IMG/VR virus record: IMGVR_UViG_3300021387_000161
Coordinates: 81,523 to 145,522 of that record
Strand: one strand, 5' to 3'
DNA length: 64,000 nt
DNA from: a virus
Lineage: Duplodnaviria > Caudoviricetes
Shown here: one piece after another, positions 1 to 10,638 of the stretch
Layout of the letters: each line of letters opens with the position of its first letter
Position numbering within the stretch: the first letter of the stretch is position 1
The notes under the pieces: generated by a model
What the model saw: the letters and a program-made list of their open reading frames with translations, nothing else
Told to the model about the DNA's origin: nothing
The model's database searches: none
Position numbers and translations under genes: made by a program

Positions 1-1686
1 ACTATCATTCGATTTAACATCTGTTATAACAGCATCTTCTTCCTTAAAAATAAGTCCTGGACTTGAGCAATCACCATATTTTATCTTCAATGGATTTAAA
101 TAACCAGTGTAACTTACTAAGGAATCTATAAAATTAGGATCTTCTCCTGGTCGTATTTGATAATTTAAATTTATAGTATAATAAGTTATCTTACCATTTA
201 TTTTCTGAACTGACATAGAAGTTATATAATTAGGAAATTTATCTCCTGTATTACCATATCCTCCTATAGTCACACCATTAAAATTTAATTCTATATAAGG
301 AGCCTCTACTAAACTTGGATAAGAAGTTAATGAAGCAGTACCAGATTTTCCTGAGAATAAACTTGGCTTGAATACAAAATTTGACGAAGCTACTACATTA
401 GTACCAGTTACTTGTACGTCAGTAGGGATTATACTGGAACCAGAAGATAAATTAACTGACATATTAGTTAAAAATGATTTAAGCTCTTCGTTATGTGCTT
501 TTCTAGCTTTCTCTTCTTCCGATTCTACTTCTTCTTGTTCAAACCATTTATACTTTTCAGAAGAAAATAATTGATCTATTGTAGTAAGAACTATAGCTCC
601 ACCAGAATCAACACCCATTATGGCTTCACCATCTTCTCCTACAACACCACCTCCATCTATTGGATATGATCCACCCGGGAACTTCGGTCTAGCTACTCTA
701 TATATTGCTGATATATCTCTAGTTCCTGATACAACTCTATCTGTAGATGGTCCAGCATTTCCTTCAATAGTATATAATGTTTTACCTTTAACTTTTTCTA
801 TTATACCTACATGGTCAGCTAATCCATTATGATTAGGATCTGTAGTAAATATATCTCCAGGTTTACATTTTGCAGCATTCTGCTCATTCTTTGCAAAACT
901 TCCTTTGAGTACCCAACTTCCACCACATTTAGTTACTGTATATTCTTGAAGATAATGTGCCATAGCAGAAGTTTTTGGAATTGCTTTATTATTCCCGAAT
1001 GTTTTATTTGCACACCAGGCAACGAACATAGCACACCATGATTCTCCATCCATACCAAACCATTTTCCATATTTTACATGGTTGTTTCCTGTCTCCTTTG
1101 TACCAACTTCTTTTTTAGCAGTAGCAACAAATGCTTGAGCGCCTGTACCCATTTTAGTAGTTGCTGAAGTTGTTTTTGCATTTGCTGAATTACCACTAGA
1201 AGGATTTGAAGCACCCCCAACATAAACCCAGGCATGTCCTCTAGACCCATTTTTTCTAACCATAATATCACCGGGTTTTATACTAGAGCTATCTGCATGA
1301 AATGCCATCTTTTTTAATTTACCATTTAAGGTTAAAGCATACATGTAAGTATCGTATGATGCACATCTAACAGCAGAAACACCTGCATATTTGCAGATTG
1401 CAGTTACTAATCCTGTACAATCTACTGGGACTGATTTTGCCTTGGCACCAGGTCTTCTTAATTTATTTATCTCACCTTCTTTTACTTTTTTTACCCAGGT
1501 AACATTTTTATTTCTATAAAAATATGCTTGACGACCTTCATAAGCTGCAAATGCACCTTTTAAGATAGCATTCTTTACTTTCTCAGAAGTTGGTCTAAAT
1601 ACAAAAGCTCTATTAAGTTGTTTCCCATATTGTCTATGTCTGCAACCTTTTCCGGTCATATCAATGACCATTATCTTCTTGCCCAT
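1..1686 (-). CDS. Baseplate hub-like protein with NlpC/P60-like and CHAP peptidoglycan hydrolase domains (3' end beyond window; absent from ORF track)
   Basis: Hand translation from ATG at 1686 is open to base 1. Motifs VDCTGLV...GHAWVYVG (NlpC/P60-like) and WCAMFVAW...DHVGIIEKV...TIEGN (CHAP). The C-terminal part (VEAPYIELNFNG...YQIRPGEDPNFID) is paralogous to 1686..4160. Confidence 0.8.
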   Translation of the reverse strand, partial: MGKKIMVIDMTGKGCRHRQYGKQLNRAFVFRPTSEKVKNAILKGAFAAYEGRQAYFYRNKNVTWVKKVKEGEINKLRRPGAKAKSVPVDCTGLVTAICKYAGVSAVRCASYDTYMYALTLNGKLKKMAFHADSSSIKPGDIMVRKNGSRGHAWVYVGGASNPSSGNSANAKTTSATTKMGTGAQAFVATAKKEVGTKETGNNHVKYGKWFGMDGESWCAMFVAWCANKTFGNNKAIPKTSAMAHYLQEYTVTKCGGSWVLKGSFAKNEQNAAKCKPGDIFTTDPNHNGLADHVGIIEKVKGKTLYTIEGNAGPSTDRVVSGTRDISAIYRVARPKFPGGSYPIDGGGVVGEDGEAIMGVDSGGAIVLTTIDQLFSSEKYKWFEQEEVESEEEKARKAHNEELKSFLTNMSVNLSSGSSIIPTDVQVTGTNVVASSNFVFKPSLFSGKSGTASLTSYPSLVEAPYIELNFNGVTIGGYGNTGDKFPNYITSMSVQKINGKITYYTINLNYQIRPGEDPNFIDSLVSYTGYLNPLKIKYGDCSSPGLIFKEEDAVITDVKSNDS

Positions 1687-4160
1687 TAATTAGCACCAAC
1701 CCTTGTTAAAGCCAACGTAGTTCTAAATCCTTCTCCTGATAATGTATCTTTCTGACCAGTTATTACATACACACCACTTGTTATATGCTTTTGACCATAA
1801 AAAACTACATTTACTAAAATATAATCCATAAGCATAACTGGTTTCATTAATCCTTTTAATGTTAATGAAGCATTTATAGGAAAATGAGTCATTTGAGTCC
1901 ACCAATTCTTTTGTATTTCATTTAATACTGACGATGAACTAATTAGATTAGGAGAATAATTTTTTATTTTATTACCACTATTATCTATGGAATAAATGTA
2001 TTCATCTGATACTGAAGCATTCTCATACAATAATGACCATGCTAATTGATTATCAACATTGAATCCCATAACATAATTATTATCTGGATAACCTACAGTT
2101 ACTTCAAATATATTATTCGTATTATATTCATTTAAAACTGTATTATTAAGTTCTCTTATATTAAAATATGATCCACCCATAGAATTATCAAAATCATTTT
2201 CATAAGATATATAATAAGTAGATTTTCTAATTACATCAGTAGTAGCATTAACTGAGTTACTCATTAAACTTACTAAATAATTTAAATATTCTACTGAATT
2301 TATATTTGTTTTTGATTCTATATCTAATACAGCATCGTTAGTTGGAATTAAATTCTTCGAGTATACTAAATCTCTATTTCTCATACCAGGAAAAGCATCC
2401 AATAATAATTTAGATGTTTCAGGTATATCATATAAAATAGAATTTATAACATTAGAAGGTTTATTTACTGATGCTGTAAAATTAACTTTATGAGATGTAA
2501 CTAATTCATTAGCAGATGTAGCATATATAGTGTATGATATTTTATTACTAACGTAGTCCCTATTCATAGAAACATTTGTTATAATTGCTTTCTCATCTCC
2601 ATATACTACATTTGAATTATAATCTCCATACTTTATCCCTATCTTATCATATCTTACACTAGATAATAATTTATCTATAAGATTAGGATCTTCACCAGGA
2701 CGTATTTGATGAACTAAATTAAAAGTATATTTATTTATCTCACCATTTATTTTATCTACTTCTAAACTTGATATATGATTTGGAAATTCGTCTACAGAAT
2801 TTTTATAAGTACCGATAGTTCTTCCATTAAAATCTATCTCAACAAATGGAGCTTCTACCATAGCAGCAGATATAGGAAATACTGAATTAGTATTTTTTAT
2901 TAATCTACCTCTTGCTGAAGAAGTAGAAGGCATACTAATATATGAATCAAATACTGCGACAGTAGAATGAGTATCATCTAATTTTATATTTTTTAAAAAG
3001 TCTTTAGTAGATTGCTGTTTAGCTTTTAATGCTTTTTGTTCTTCAGATTCTTGAGCTTCTGCTTCTTCTAACCATTTATAATTATTTGAGGAGTAAAGTT
3101 GAGAACTTCTTTCCTGCATATTAACGACAGCTTGAACATACTCATCTTCGTATATTCCTTCACCGTCGCCAGCACCTGACATTCTTTCGTCCCATGTCTT
3201 TGCATATTTAACTCTCGCAGACATGTTTGGAAGACCAGCTCTCTCAAACTTCTTTTCAAACTGCTCAGTCATTTCCTTTAAACTGAGCGATTCATTTTTT
3301 AGAACTTTATTAGCTGATTTTTCAGAATTCTTTAATTCATAAACTAAGTATGCTACTTGGCCATCAACACTATCCCATCTCTTAGCTTTTGAGTGTTCTT
3401 TGGCATATTTTTGCATCTTAGTTTTTCTTCCGAAAGTCCATTGACATAAACCTTCAGAACCATTTCCATCAAAGCTACCATTAGTCTTTACTCTGATACC
3501 AGATTCTTGCTGCATATTTCCAAGTACTGCACAGCAAGCTTTATGTGAATACCCATAACCTTGTAATTCAAAATAAACTTCAGCGCCTGTACCATACTTC
3601 TTTATATACCATGATTTATCATGAGCCGCTGATCCACCAGCCCCAACACCTTTTCCTGGAAATGTGATATACTGTAGACCATAACTACTACTATTAAATC
3701 CATGTGCCCAAGTGGAACCAAAATAACCTATTTTATTATCGCAAGGATCTATAATATAAAAATCAGAATCTTTTACATTATTCTCATTCTTACCGTCTCT
3801 AACCCCAATAACACATACATAATGATTAGCGTATGAGCCTTTAGTTGCTACTACAACTGGTTTTCCCTTTTTTAACTCCGCTATAATAGCTTTATATCTA
3901 CTTTTTACAGATCCACCACTATGAGATGTAACTTTCATAGTACCCCATTGACACATTGCAAAAGTGCCACCGTTGTATTTATTAGCTACAGCTTGATGTG
4001 ATGCTGGGTTTCCTGATACTCTACATTTTTTTTCTAATATAGTATACCCATACGCAACCGCATATACCCCACATTGCTGAGACCCTTGTTTGCCTAATAC
4101 TTTTTTAATTAATTGCTCATTATAACTTAATATCATATAAGCCTTCTTAATAATGTTCAA
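1686..4160 (-). CDS. Baseplate hub-like virion lysin: peptidase C39-like + phage tail lysozyme + hub domain
   Basis: QQCG...NHYV...IIDP (C39-like); GNMQQESG...GLCQWT..RK...FEKKFER (phage tail lysozyme); C-terminus SGVYVITGQKDTLSGEGFRTTLALTR resembles hub/gpD-like ends. Start may be 4136. Confidence 0.8.
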   Translation of the reverse strand: MNIIKKAYMILSYNEQLIKKVLGKQGSQQCGVYAVAYGYTILEKKCRVSGNPASHQAVANKYNGGTFAMCQWGTMKVTSHSGGSVKSRYKAIIAELKKGKPVVVATKGSYANHYVCVIGVRDGKNENNVKDSDFYIIDPCDNKIGYFGSTWAHGFNSSSYGLQYITFPGKGVGAGGSAAHDKSWYIKKYGTGAEVYFELQGYGYSHKACCAVLGNMQQESGIRVKTNGSFDGNGSEGLCQWTFGRKTKMQKYAKEHSKAKRWDSVDGQVAYLVYELKNSEKSANKVLKNESLSLKEMTEQFEKKFERAGLPNMSARVKYAKTWDERMSGAGDGEGIYEDEYVQAVVNMQERSSQLYSSNNYKWLEEAEAQESEEQKALKAKQQSTKDFLKNIKLDDTHSTVAVFDSYISMPSTSSARGRLIKNTNSVFPISAAMVEAPFVEIDFNGRTIGTYKNSVDEFPNHISSLEVDKINGEINKYTFNLVHQIRPGEDPNLIDKLLSSVRYDKIGIKYGDYNSNVVYGDEKAIITNVSMNRDYVSNKISYTIYATSANELVTSHKVNFTASVNKPSNVINSILYDIPETSKLLLDAFPGMRNRDLVYSKNLIPTNDAVLDIESKTNINSVEYLNYLVSLMSNSVNATTDVIRKSTYYISYENDFDNSMGGSYFNIRELNNTVLNEYNTNNIFEVTVGYPDNNYVMGFNVDNQLAWSLLYENASVSDEYIYSIDNSGNKIKNYSPNLISSSSVLNEIQKNWWTQMTHFPINASLTLKGLMKPVMLMDYILVNVVFYGQKHITSGVYVITGQKDTLSGEGFRTTLALTRVGAN

Positions 4161-4551
4161 ACTGTAAATTCTTACCCCTAGAAGGTAAGTATAAAATATC
4201 TCCAGGTTTTGGGTTTACAAATGGATCTATAATTCTATTATAATCACAAATAATCCAATACATAGTTGGATTATTATATTTTTCTAAAGCTATTGAATCG
4301 TATGTATCTCCTTCTTTAACAGTATAAGCTTCATAATCATCTGAATCTTTAAGCCAAGAAGAAGTTGACATATTATATTTTCCCTCAAGTCTATATGCTG
4401 GTAAACCAGTTTGAGGATCTAATTGTTGTATTCCATTACTATCTACTATTGGAACTTTTTTCTCACTTAACTTATTATAATAATATGAAAAACCATTATA
4501 ACGTGAAAAATAAGAACTTGTCTTTATTGTCTTAGTTGATAATACTTCCAT
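4147..4551 (-). CDS. LysM-like baseplate wedge protein (T4 gp53/P2 gpX-like)
   Basis: YTVKEGDTYDSIALEKYNNPTMYWIICDYNRIIDP...PGDILYLP; lies upstream of the hub gene. Confidence 0.75.
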   Translation of the reverse strand: MEVLSTKTIKTSSYFSRYNGFSYYYNKLSEKKVPIVDSNGIQQLDPQTGLPAYRLEGKYNMSTSSWLKDSDDYEAYTVKEGDTYDSIALEKYNNPTMYWIICDYNRIIDPFVNPKPGDILYLPSRGKNLQFEHY

Positions 4552-5100
4552 TTACCATGTCCCCAATCTTCTTCCACCTTTTCTAGCAGGAAGTATACTT
4601 GCTGTTTGTGGTTCTACTTCTGATATAGAGAAATTAAGATTTACTAGAGCATATTTTGACTCACCATCATAATTTAATATTGGTAAATTAAATGTTTTAC
4701 CAATACCACCAGTTACAACTCCTTTAATATAAATCTCATCTCTTATTTTTAAAGATACTATAGGAGGATTTACTACTTTATTGGCTTTTTCATAATCAGG
4801 CAATACTAATGCTTCTAAATTATTAATTAATTCCTCTACCATATCAGTAGATCCTGGATTAAATTCTTTGCATAAATCCCTATGTAAAGTAAATGATACT
4901 TGTACTGTTCTAGGACCTGAATTTTGGTAAGAATAAATAGGAGCACTTCTGCTTAAAGGGAAATTTGATGCAAAAGAAGCACTCATATTATCTGTAATAG
5001 AATCTGGATCTACTGGTATAACAAAACTCTTACCAGTATGATGAAAAATTATATAATTTTCAGTTGGTATTCTTTGTTTCTTTGATACCCTTATTGCCAT
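4552..5100 (-). CDS. Putative tail tube initiator/baseplate protein
   Basis: RSAPIYSYQNSGPRTVQVSFTL...LVLPDY...PPIV pattern resembles tube-initiator proteins of contractile tails; context. Confidence 0.55.
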   Translation of the reverse strand: MAIRVSKKQRIPTENYIIFHHTGKSFVIPVDPDSITDNMSASFASNFPLSRSAPIYSYQNSGPRTVQVSFTLHRDLCKEFNPGSTDMVEELINNLEALVLPDYEKANKVVNPPIVSLKIRDEIYIKGVVTGGIGKTFNLPILNYDGESKYALVNLNFSISEVEPQTASILPARKGGRRLGTW

Positions 5101-5109
5101 CTAATATCC

Positions 5110-7197
5110 TTATTCTTCCTCTTCTTCATATGTACCATCATATGCTATATTTTCATTTAATACGTCTCCGTCTAAGAAATCACTTCCTACTCTGAGACTC
5201 TTTTCTATATCGGTTGTTACATAACCTAAATTATCTCTTATATATTGTTTAGGGTAAGTATTTGCAAAATCAAATATTAATTGTCTGTATCTATCGCTCC
5301 AGTAATTAAATGTATATCTACTATCTAATACAGAAACAACTGATAAATCATCTGATAATCTATCCATATCATTATTGATAGTATCTAGATTACAAATTAC
5401 ATGCCATAATAGATACTGTATCAATGTTTCTGAGAATGGCCTTATTTTCTTAGTTTGAGTTTCCATAAGCATTAAATGATCTGTAAATAGATGATCTAAT
5501 CTTGATCTTGAAAATACTTCAAAATTATTATCGTTATAATATTTTTCTTTTGCTATGTCTGTATAATCACCCTCTAATATTATAATATTATGATCATATG
5601 ATGCTGGAACTTGAATTAACATATATAAATTATCCTCTATATAATCATACATACAACAGTTATCTTCTGTTATATCATAATTATAAGTCAAAGGTACTTC
5701 TGTTCTTTCTTTTTGATAGTATACTTTATCTGGATGTATATATGTATCTTCAGTGGGTACAAATTCACTATCAATAAATTCATACCATCTATTATCATCT
5801 TCTTTATCTACGTAATAATAAACTGTATCTTCATTATATACAGTAGAAGATGTGCATTGTATATAAGTATGATTTATTTCATCGTAAGTATAATATTTTT
5901 CTTTGTTACTATTAAAAATATTTCTACCAAAGAAAGTTTCATCTTTTGGACATTGTTTATATGATTTTGTAATATCCTCAAATGTACCTATACTAGGATC
6001 TAAGCTTTCAAATAGTTCATATTTAGGTTTAGGTAATATTAATTTATTATCACCTGTCTCATCTTGAACATAGACATCAGTATTAGCTTTTAACTCATAC
6101 TCACTACCATCATCTATTACAAATTTATAACCCGGTATATAATTTTTATTACCTATTAAATATGGATTATTATAATCAGCTACTATCCATGGACCACTTT
6201 TATTTCCATGTTCATCTACTGTTACATCTTCACTTTGTTTTCTAAAGGTAGGATAAGAACCAGCTGATGCTTCTCTATAGTATTTAGGATTATAATTTGA
6301 TGGTATTTCAGTATAAGCAAAACCAGAATAATTTATAACTTTATTCTTTGGAACATTATCAAACCTTATTTTTATAGGATGTCTAAATCTTAAGTTAGGT
6401 TCATTATGGATAACATCATTATGATTTAACTTTATATATTTATTAGTAACATCTAACCCATTACCGAACCTATTATTACTTAATGTTAATAATGTACCAT
6501 GTCTAATAAATGCAGGAGCAATGGTTGTCATACCAACATTATTCATACAAATAGTATAATCAGTATTAAATCTTATAGGTACCTTATATACCTTTGTTGA
6601 ATAATCTGCTGATGTCTTTCTTATCTCATCACTGGTTATATGTATATTTCTTAATAGTTGATTACTAAAACAATTATATAGAGGCATTAGATTTAAATCA
6701 TACATATCTCTAAGACCTCTTAAATACATACCTAAATGTTCATGCGTTTTATAATCATAACCCTCACTACTTGATAAGAAATTATAACATAGTTTATTAT
6801 TTCTTTCACCAAAATGATATTCACCCAATATACTAAATGAAGCTACGTTTGGTTCATACCAACCTAGTTCTCTTGGGTGTCTGTTATCACCATTTCTTCC
6901 TACTACTCTTTTATACCCATGTTTAGATTTTTCATAATATATCTGACCAGCTTTAATTTTTTCATCATCTGATTTTCTTAAAGTAGACTCTGGATATTCA
7001 TTAAAATCTAAATTAGCATTTTTTACCACTATATATCCACTATTAGTACATTTAATAATATTACACTTATAAATGTATATTCTATCTTTTAATATATAGT
7101 CATGCTCTCTTACTGTTCTAAATCTTGGTAAAAAAGTACTATTTAATAAGTTTTTAATAAAATAAGATTCATTTGAAACTTTGTTAAATTCTATCAT
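5110..7197 (-). CDS. Putative baseplate/tail structural protein with Tyr-rich repeats
   Basis: 695-aa ORF between tape measure and tube initiator; repeats GWYE and TEDT...KVYY. Confidence 0.45.
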   Translation of the reverse strand: MIEFNKVSNESYFIKNLLNSTFLPRFRTVREHDYILKDRIYIYKCNIIKCTNSGYIVVKNANLDFNEYPESTLRKSDDEKIKAGQIYYEKSKHGYKRVVGRNGDNRHPRELGWYEPNVASFSILGEYHFGERNNKLCYNFLSSSEGYDYKTHEHLGMYLRGLRDMYDLNLMPLYNCFSNQLLRNIHITSDEIRKTSADYSTKVYKVPIRFNTDYTICMNNVGMTTIAPAFIRHGTLLTLSNNRFGNGLDVTNKYIKLNHNDVIHNEPNLRFRHPIKIRFDNVPKNKVINYSGFAYTEIPSNYNPKYYREASAGSYPTFRKQSEDVTVDEHGNKSGPWIVADYNNPYLIGNKNYIPGYKFVIDDGSEYELKANTDVYVQDETGDNKLILPKPKYELFESLDPSIGTFEDITKSYKQCPKDETFFGRNIFNSNKEKYYTYDEINHTYIQCTSSTVYNEDTVYYYVDKEDDNRWYEFIDSEFVPTEDTYIHPDKVYYQKERTEVPLTYNYDITEDNCCMYDYIEDNLYMLIQVPASYDHNIIILEGDYTDIAKEKYYNDNNFEVFSRSRLDHLFTDHLMLMETQTKKIRPFSETLIQYLLWHVICNLDTINNDMDRLSDDLSVVSVLDSRYTFNYWSDRYRQLIFDFANTYPKQYIRDNLGYVTTDIEKSLRVGSDFLDGDVLNENIAYDGTYEEEEE

Positions 7198-7205
7198 TTA
7201 AAACC

Positions 7206-9617
7206 TTATAATGCAACTGCGTTTGCAGTATTTGTATTAGTTTTATTGTCTTTTGTACTATTGCTAGATTCATCTCCAGCATACTGGAATAAATTATCTT
7301 TAAGAACTTTATTTTCTCCAGTAAATGTAGATTCCATAGCATTCTCATCTGCAAATATTGAAGCAAATGATCTTAATGTATCATCAGTCATACCAGTTAG
7401 GAATACAGCAAATGCTTCCTTACCAGCTTCATTTTTCATTTTTAACTTATCTAATTCTTTTAATTTCTCTAATATAGGATCAGCTTCTGCTTCATCGCTA
7501 TCCCAACTTTTTCCAGAATAAGAAGCATATTCTTTCTGATACTCATTACTAGATTTTATAGAAGACATAGTATTTACTGTCTTAAAGTTAGAACCATTTG
7601 AGGTTATAGTAGCACTTATACTTGTAGAATTTCCTCCATAAGAAGGAGCACCATTTATAAGTGTTTCTAACCCTCTTCCAGGACCAGTCATTAATGATGG
7701 AATAGCCCTTAATGTTGATAATAGTCCTTTAAATTCTTGTCTAATTATATTTAATTCGGCAAGAGCACCTGCCCCTTTAACAATTAAAGATGCAGGACCC
7801 ATCTTAGCTGCAGGAGAAGCTGATATTTGATTAGCTACATCTACTATAACATTTGATATTTTCCATGATAAATAACTAGAAGCATCTTTTGCAATTGAAC
7901 TACCAAATGTAAATCTAGCATTATCCATAACATTTTGTATTTGTTCTGCTACTACTGTTCTTGCCGTTGATTGAACTTGCTGCAACTCATTAGATACCAT
8001 ACTTAAAGCTGAACCTTGATTTACATAAGTTAATCCACCCATCTTACTAGATAAATTTTTAAATGCTTGTAAATCAGCCATACTCATACCAAATAATTGA
8101 GTATATGAAGATGTTAATACATTATTATCTTTAGTGTTTGCTTCTATTTGAGTTAAATATTTTACTACAGCAGTTAATAGTTCATTTATATCTGAAGTAG
8201 ATAAACCTTGTTGCAATATATCTGCATAGTCCATGCCTATAGTGTCCATACTTAATAACACTAATCTTTGCAAATCTGAGTCAGAAGCAAGTGCTGATAC
8301 ATTACCAGAACCAAGTGCGTTTAATGCGTTAGCAATTTTACTAACTGTTCCTGAATCAACACCTGATTCATACATAGCTCCCATCCAAGTTTGCATAACA
8401 GAACTATATTCGGTAACATCTCTATCACCAGAAATTACAACAGCATCTGTTATAGCGTTTTGTATTCCACTAAACATGTCTTGCATATAAGTAGAATCTT
8501 TAAATACTCTATTTAATGTATTCCTTAATGCAATCTCTAAACCAAATTGGGTAGCTGTAACGTCTGTTTGTCTTAATTTTACTAATCTTAATAAACTTCC
8601 TTCCATAGAAGAAAAACTAGAAAGTGTTTTATCCTTTATAGTTTCTAATAATGCTCTTTGTTCTACATTATAGGTTATTCCTCTGGAAGTTAAATTTGCT
8701 ATCTGACTTATATAATCAGTTTGTTTTACAAATCTACTAAGTCCTAATGAATCAACTGTTCCTTCCATAGTGGATTCAAAAGTTTGACCAGTACCCTCTA
8801 ACGCAGCATTTATTCTTCCAACATTATTAGCTAATACGTTGGCAGCTTCTTCAACCCAACCATCTACAGATTTTCTTACTGCCATTGCAACATCTAAAAT
8901 TTTAGATGTAGTTTTTGCTATGATTCCTATAGGACCAGAAACTTTTCCTAAGTTTTTATCTATTTCCTCACCTAATATAGAAGCATGTTTATCTGATGCA
9001 ACAGATAAAGCTGCTTGCTGTGCCCATTCAGGGGCTTTACTTGCTTTTATAGCCTCTTCTATAGAATCTTGCTTATCTTTTCTTCTCTGTTGTATTTGAG
9101 AAATAGGTTGATTAGCTTCTGCCCTTTCTAGATCTTGTTGTTCTTCTGCTAACTGATCATATAATTCTCCAAGTTTTGCCAAATCCTTATTGGATTTTAT
9201 TTCTTTAGATTCTATATGGGCAATCTCAGCTTTAGTAGCTATAACATTTGCTAATGCGTCATCTATATCATATTGTAAAGAATTAGTAGCGTCAATAGCT
9301 TCTTGTGCTTTAACTATATCCTCTTTACCAAGTCTTTCCAAGGATTTTGCAACCTCAGACTTTCTTGACATAAGCCCATTTACAATACGTTCTTGCTGTT
9401 CTAGTTGGCTCTTTACTTCATAGTAACCATCATCGCCTTTAGAGAGTTGCGCAAATTGGTTATTAAGTTTTTCACGGATTCTAGTCTGCTCAACTAAATT
9501 ATTAGATATCATAGACAATCTTTTGGCTTCTTTTGCCGCAAATTGTTCCATATATCGATCTTCAGCTTGTCTTTTCTCTATACTTTTTAATATTTTATTT
9601 CCAGGGTTATTAGCCAT
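7206..9617 (-). CDS. Probable tape measure protein
   Basis: 803 aa, helical/coiled-coil, Ala/Ser/Gln-rich; follows chaperone genes and precedes baseplate genes. Confidence 0.6.
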   Translation of the reverse strand: MANNPGNKILKSIEKRQAEDRYMEQFAAKEAKRLSMISNNLVEQTRIREKLNNQFAQLSKGDDGYYEVKSQLEQQERIVNGLMSRKSEVAKSLERLGKEDIVKAQEAIDATNSLQYDIDDALANVIATKAEIAHIESKEIKSNKDLAKLGELYDQLAEEQQDLERAEANQPISQIQQRRKDKQDSIEEAIKASKAPEWAQQAALSVASDKHASILGEEIDKNLGKVSGPIGIIAKTTSKILDVAMAVRKSVDGWVEEAANVLANNVGRINAALEGTGQTFESTMEGTVDSLGLSRFVKQTDYISQIANLTSRGITYNVEQRALLETIKDKTLSSFSSMEGSLLRLVKLRQTDVTATQFGLEIALRNTLNRVFKDSTYMQDMFSGIQNAITDAVVISGDRDVTEYSSVMQTWMGAMYESGVDSGTVSKIANALNALGSGNVSALASDSDLQRLVLLSMDTIGMDYADILQQGLSTSDINELLTAVVKYLTQIEANTKDNNVLTSSYTQLFGMSMADLQAFKNLSSKMGGLTYVNQGSALSMVSNELQQVQSTARTVVAEQIQNVMDNARFTFGSSIAKDASSYLSWKISNVIVDVANQISASPAAKMGPASLIVKGAGALAELNIIRQEFKGLLSTLRAIPSLMTGPGRGLETLINGAPSYGGNSTSISATITSNGSNFKTVNTMSSIKSSNEYQKEYASYSGKSWDSDEAEADPILEKLKELDKLKMKNEAGKEAFAVFLTGMTDDTLRSFASIFADENAMESTFTGENKVLKDNLFQYAGDESSNSTKDNKTNTNTANAVAL

Positions 9618-9624
9618 TTATTGA

Positions 9625-9795
9625 CTATCCTCTTGCAGCTTTAGCTTTTTCAAACGCTGCATTTTGTTCTTTTAATTCTTCTGTTATAAACTTTAATATC
9701 ATCTTCCTTTCTAAAGGAGTTATCTCATCTAAATCTAAAAAAGATGTATGTATTTTATTTGAAATAATATATTTCTCTTTAGCTATATGCTCCAT
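9625..9795 (-). CDS. Small tail/baseplate assembly chaperone (gp51-like), or frameshift extension of the upstream gene
   Basis: MEHIAKEKYIISNKIHTSFLDLDEITPLERKMIL; its frame is open back into the upstream gene; no clear SD before ATG 9795. Confidence 0.5.
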   Translation of the reverse strand: MEHIAKEKYIISNKIHTSFLDLDEITPLERKMILKFITEELKEQNAAFEKAKAARG

Positions 9796-9814
9796 AAGAA
9801 TTGTCTTATCTCTA

Positions 9815-10570
9815 TTATAAGGTAGGAGTAGGTCTAAAAAATGATTGGTTGACACGAAAGGGAGCAATAAATGAAGAACCACATACACTACAATATGCTG
9901 TTGAATCTAACTCAATACCCATAGAATTATTTACCTGATCTATTCTGTATAAAATAGCATTAGAATCTGCCATAGGTAAATCTCTAATCCATTGTTCCAA
10001 TGAAATTGGATCTACATCTTCATCATCTATTTGTTCTATTGAAGCCATAATAGTATAAAGTACTGTAGCATTCTCATTATTATTCTTACGTCTCTTATTA
10101 TGGTCTCTTACTCTGGCATTAATTCTATCCAACATTCTAGGAGTTTGCATAGTTAATTTTATATGATTACCACTTACTGGTAAGTTAAATTCTAATAAAT
10201 CTACTAATGAATCATCATACTCACTAACTGGTAATTCATCTATATTTAATGTTACAGTATTTTCAAACCCACAATAAGGACATCTACATTGTAATTCATA
10301 TTCAGGACCAAATGTTACCACTCTTAACTTGTATAATAAATATTGAAAATCTCCTAAGCATAAATCATAAGAACTTATACCTAAATCTGATACTAAACAA
10401 TCATCTATAATCTGTGCCATTAATTTTTGATTTTCTTCTGTTGCAGATAATCTTAACATCTCATGTTTAGTTTTCATACTGCTAAGTTCTACTTCAGGAT
10501 TTACTTCTTCTTCATATACTAATCCATGTGAAGGTAAATATAGATTTTCAACTATTCTTGAATTTTCCAT
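9815..10570 (-). CDS. T4 gp26-like baseplate hub assembly chaperone with Zn ribbons
   Basis: LPSHGLVY, DLCLGDFQYLLYKLRVVTFG, CPYC and CSVC, ends ...SFFRP; AAGGAG SD. Confidence 0.7.
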   Translation of the reverse strand: MENSRIVENLYLPSHGLVYEEEVNPEVELSSMKTKHEMLRLSATEENQKLMAQIIDDCLVSDLGISSYDLCLGDFQYLLYKLRVVTFGPEYELQCRCPYCGFENTVTLNIDELPVSEYDDSLVDLLEFNLPVSGNHIKLTMQTPRMLDRINARVRDHNKRRKNNNENATVLYTIMASIEQIDDEDVDPISLEQWIRDLPMADSNAILYRIDQVNNSMGIELDSTAYCSVCGSSFIAPFRVNQSFFRPTPTL

Positions 10571-10601
10571 AAATAAATCATCTCCTTTTTCAGTTATTAT
10601 T

Positions 10602-10638
10602 AAAAAAAGTCAACACAAAACTAGGTTCATGTTGACTT
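10602..10638 (-). terminator. Intrinsic terminator-like hairpin inside the 5' leader of the tail operon
   Basis: AAGTCAACA (10607-10615) / TGTTGACTT (10630-10638) inverted repeat followed by a U-run on the minus strand. Confidence 0.6.
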
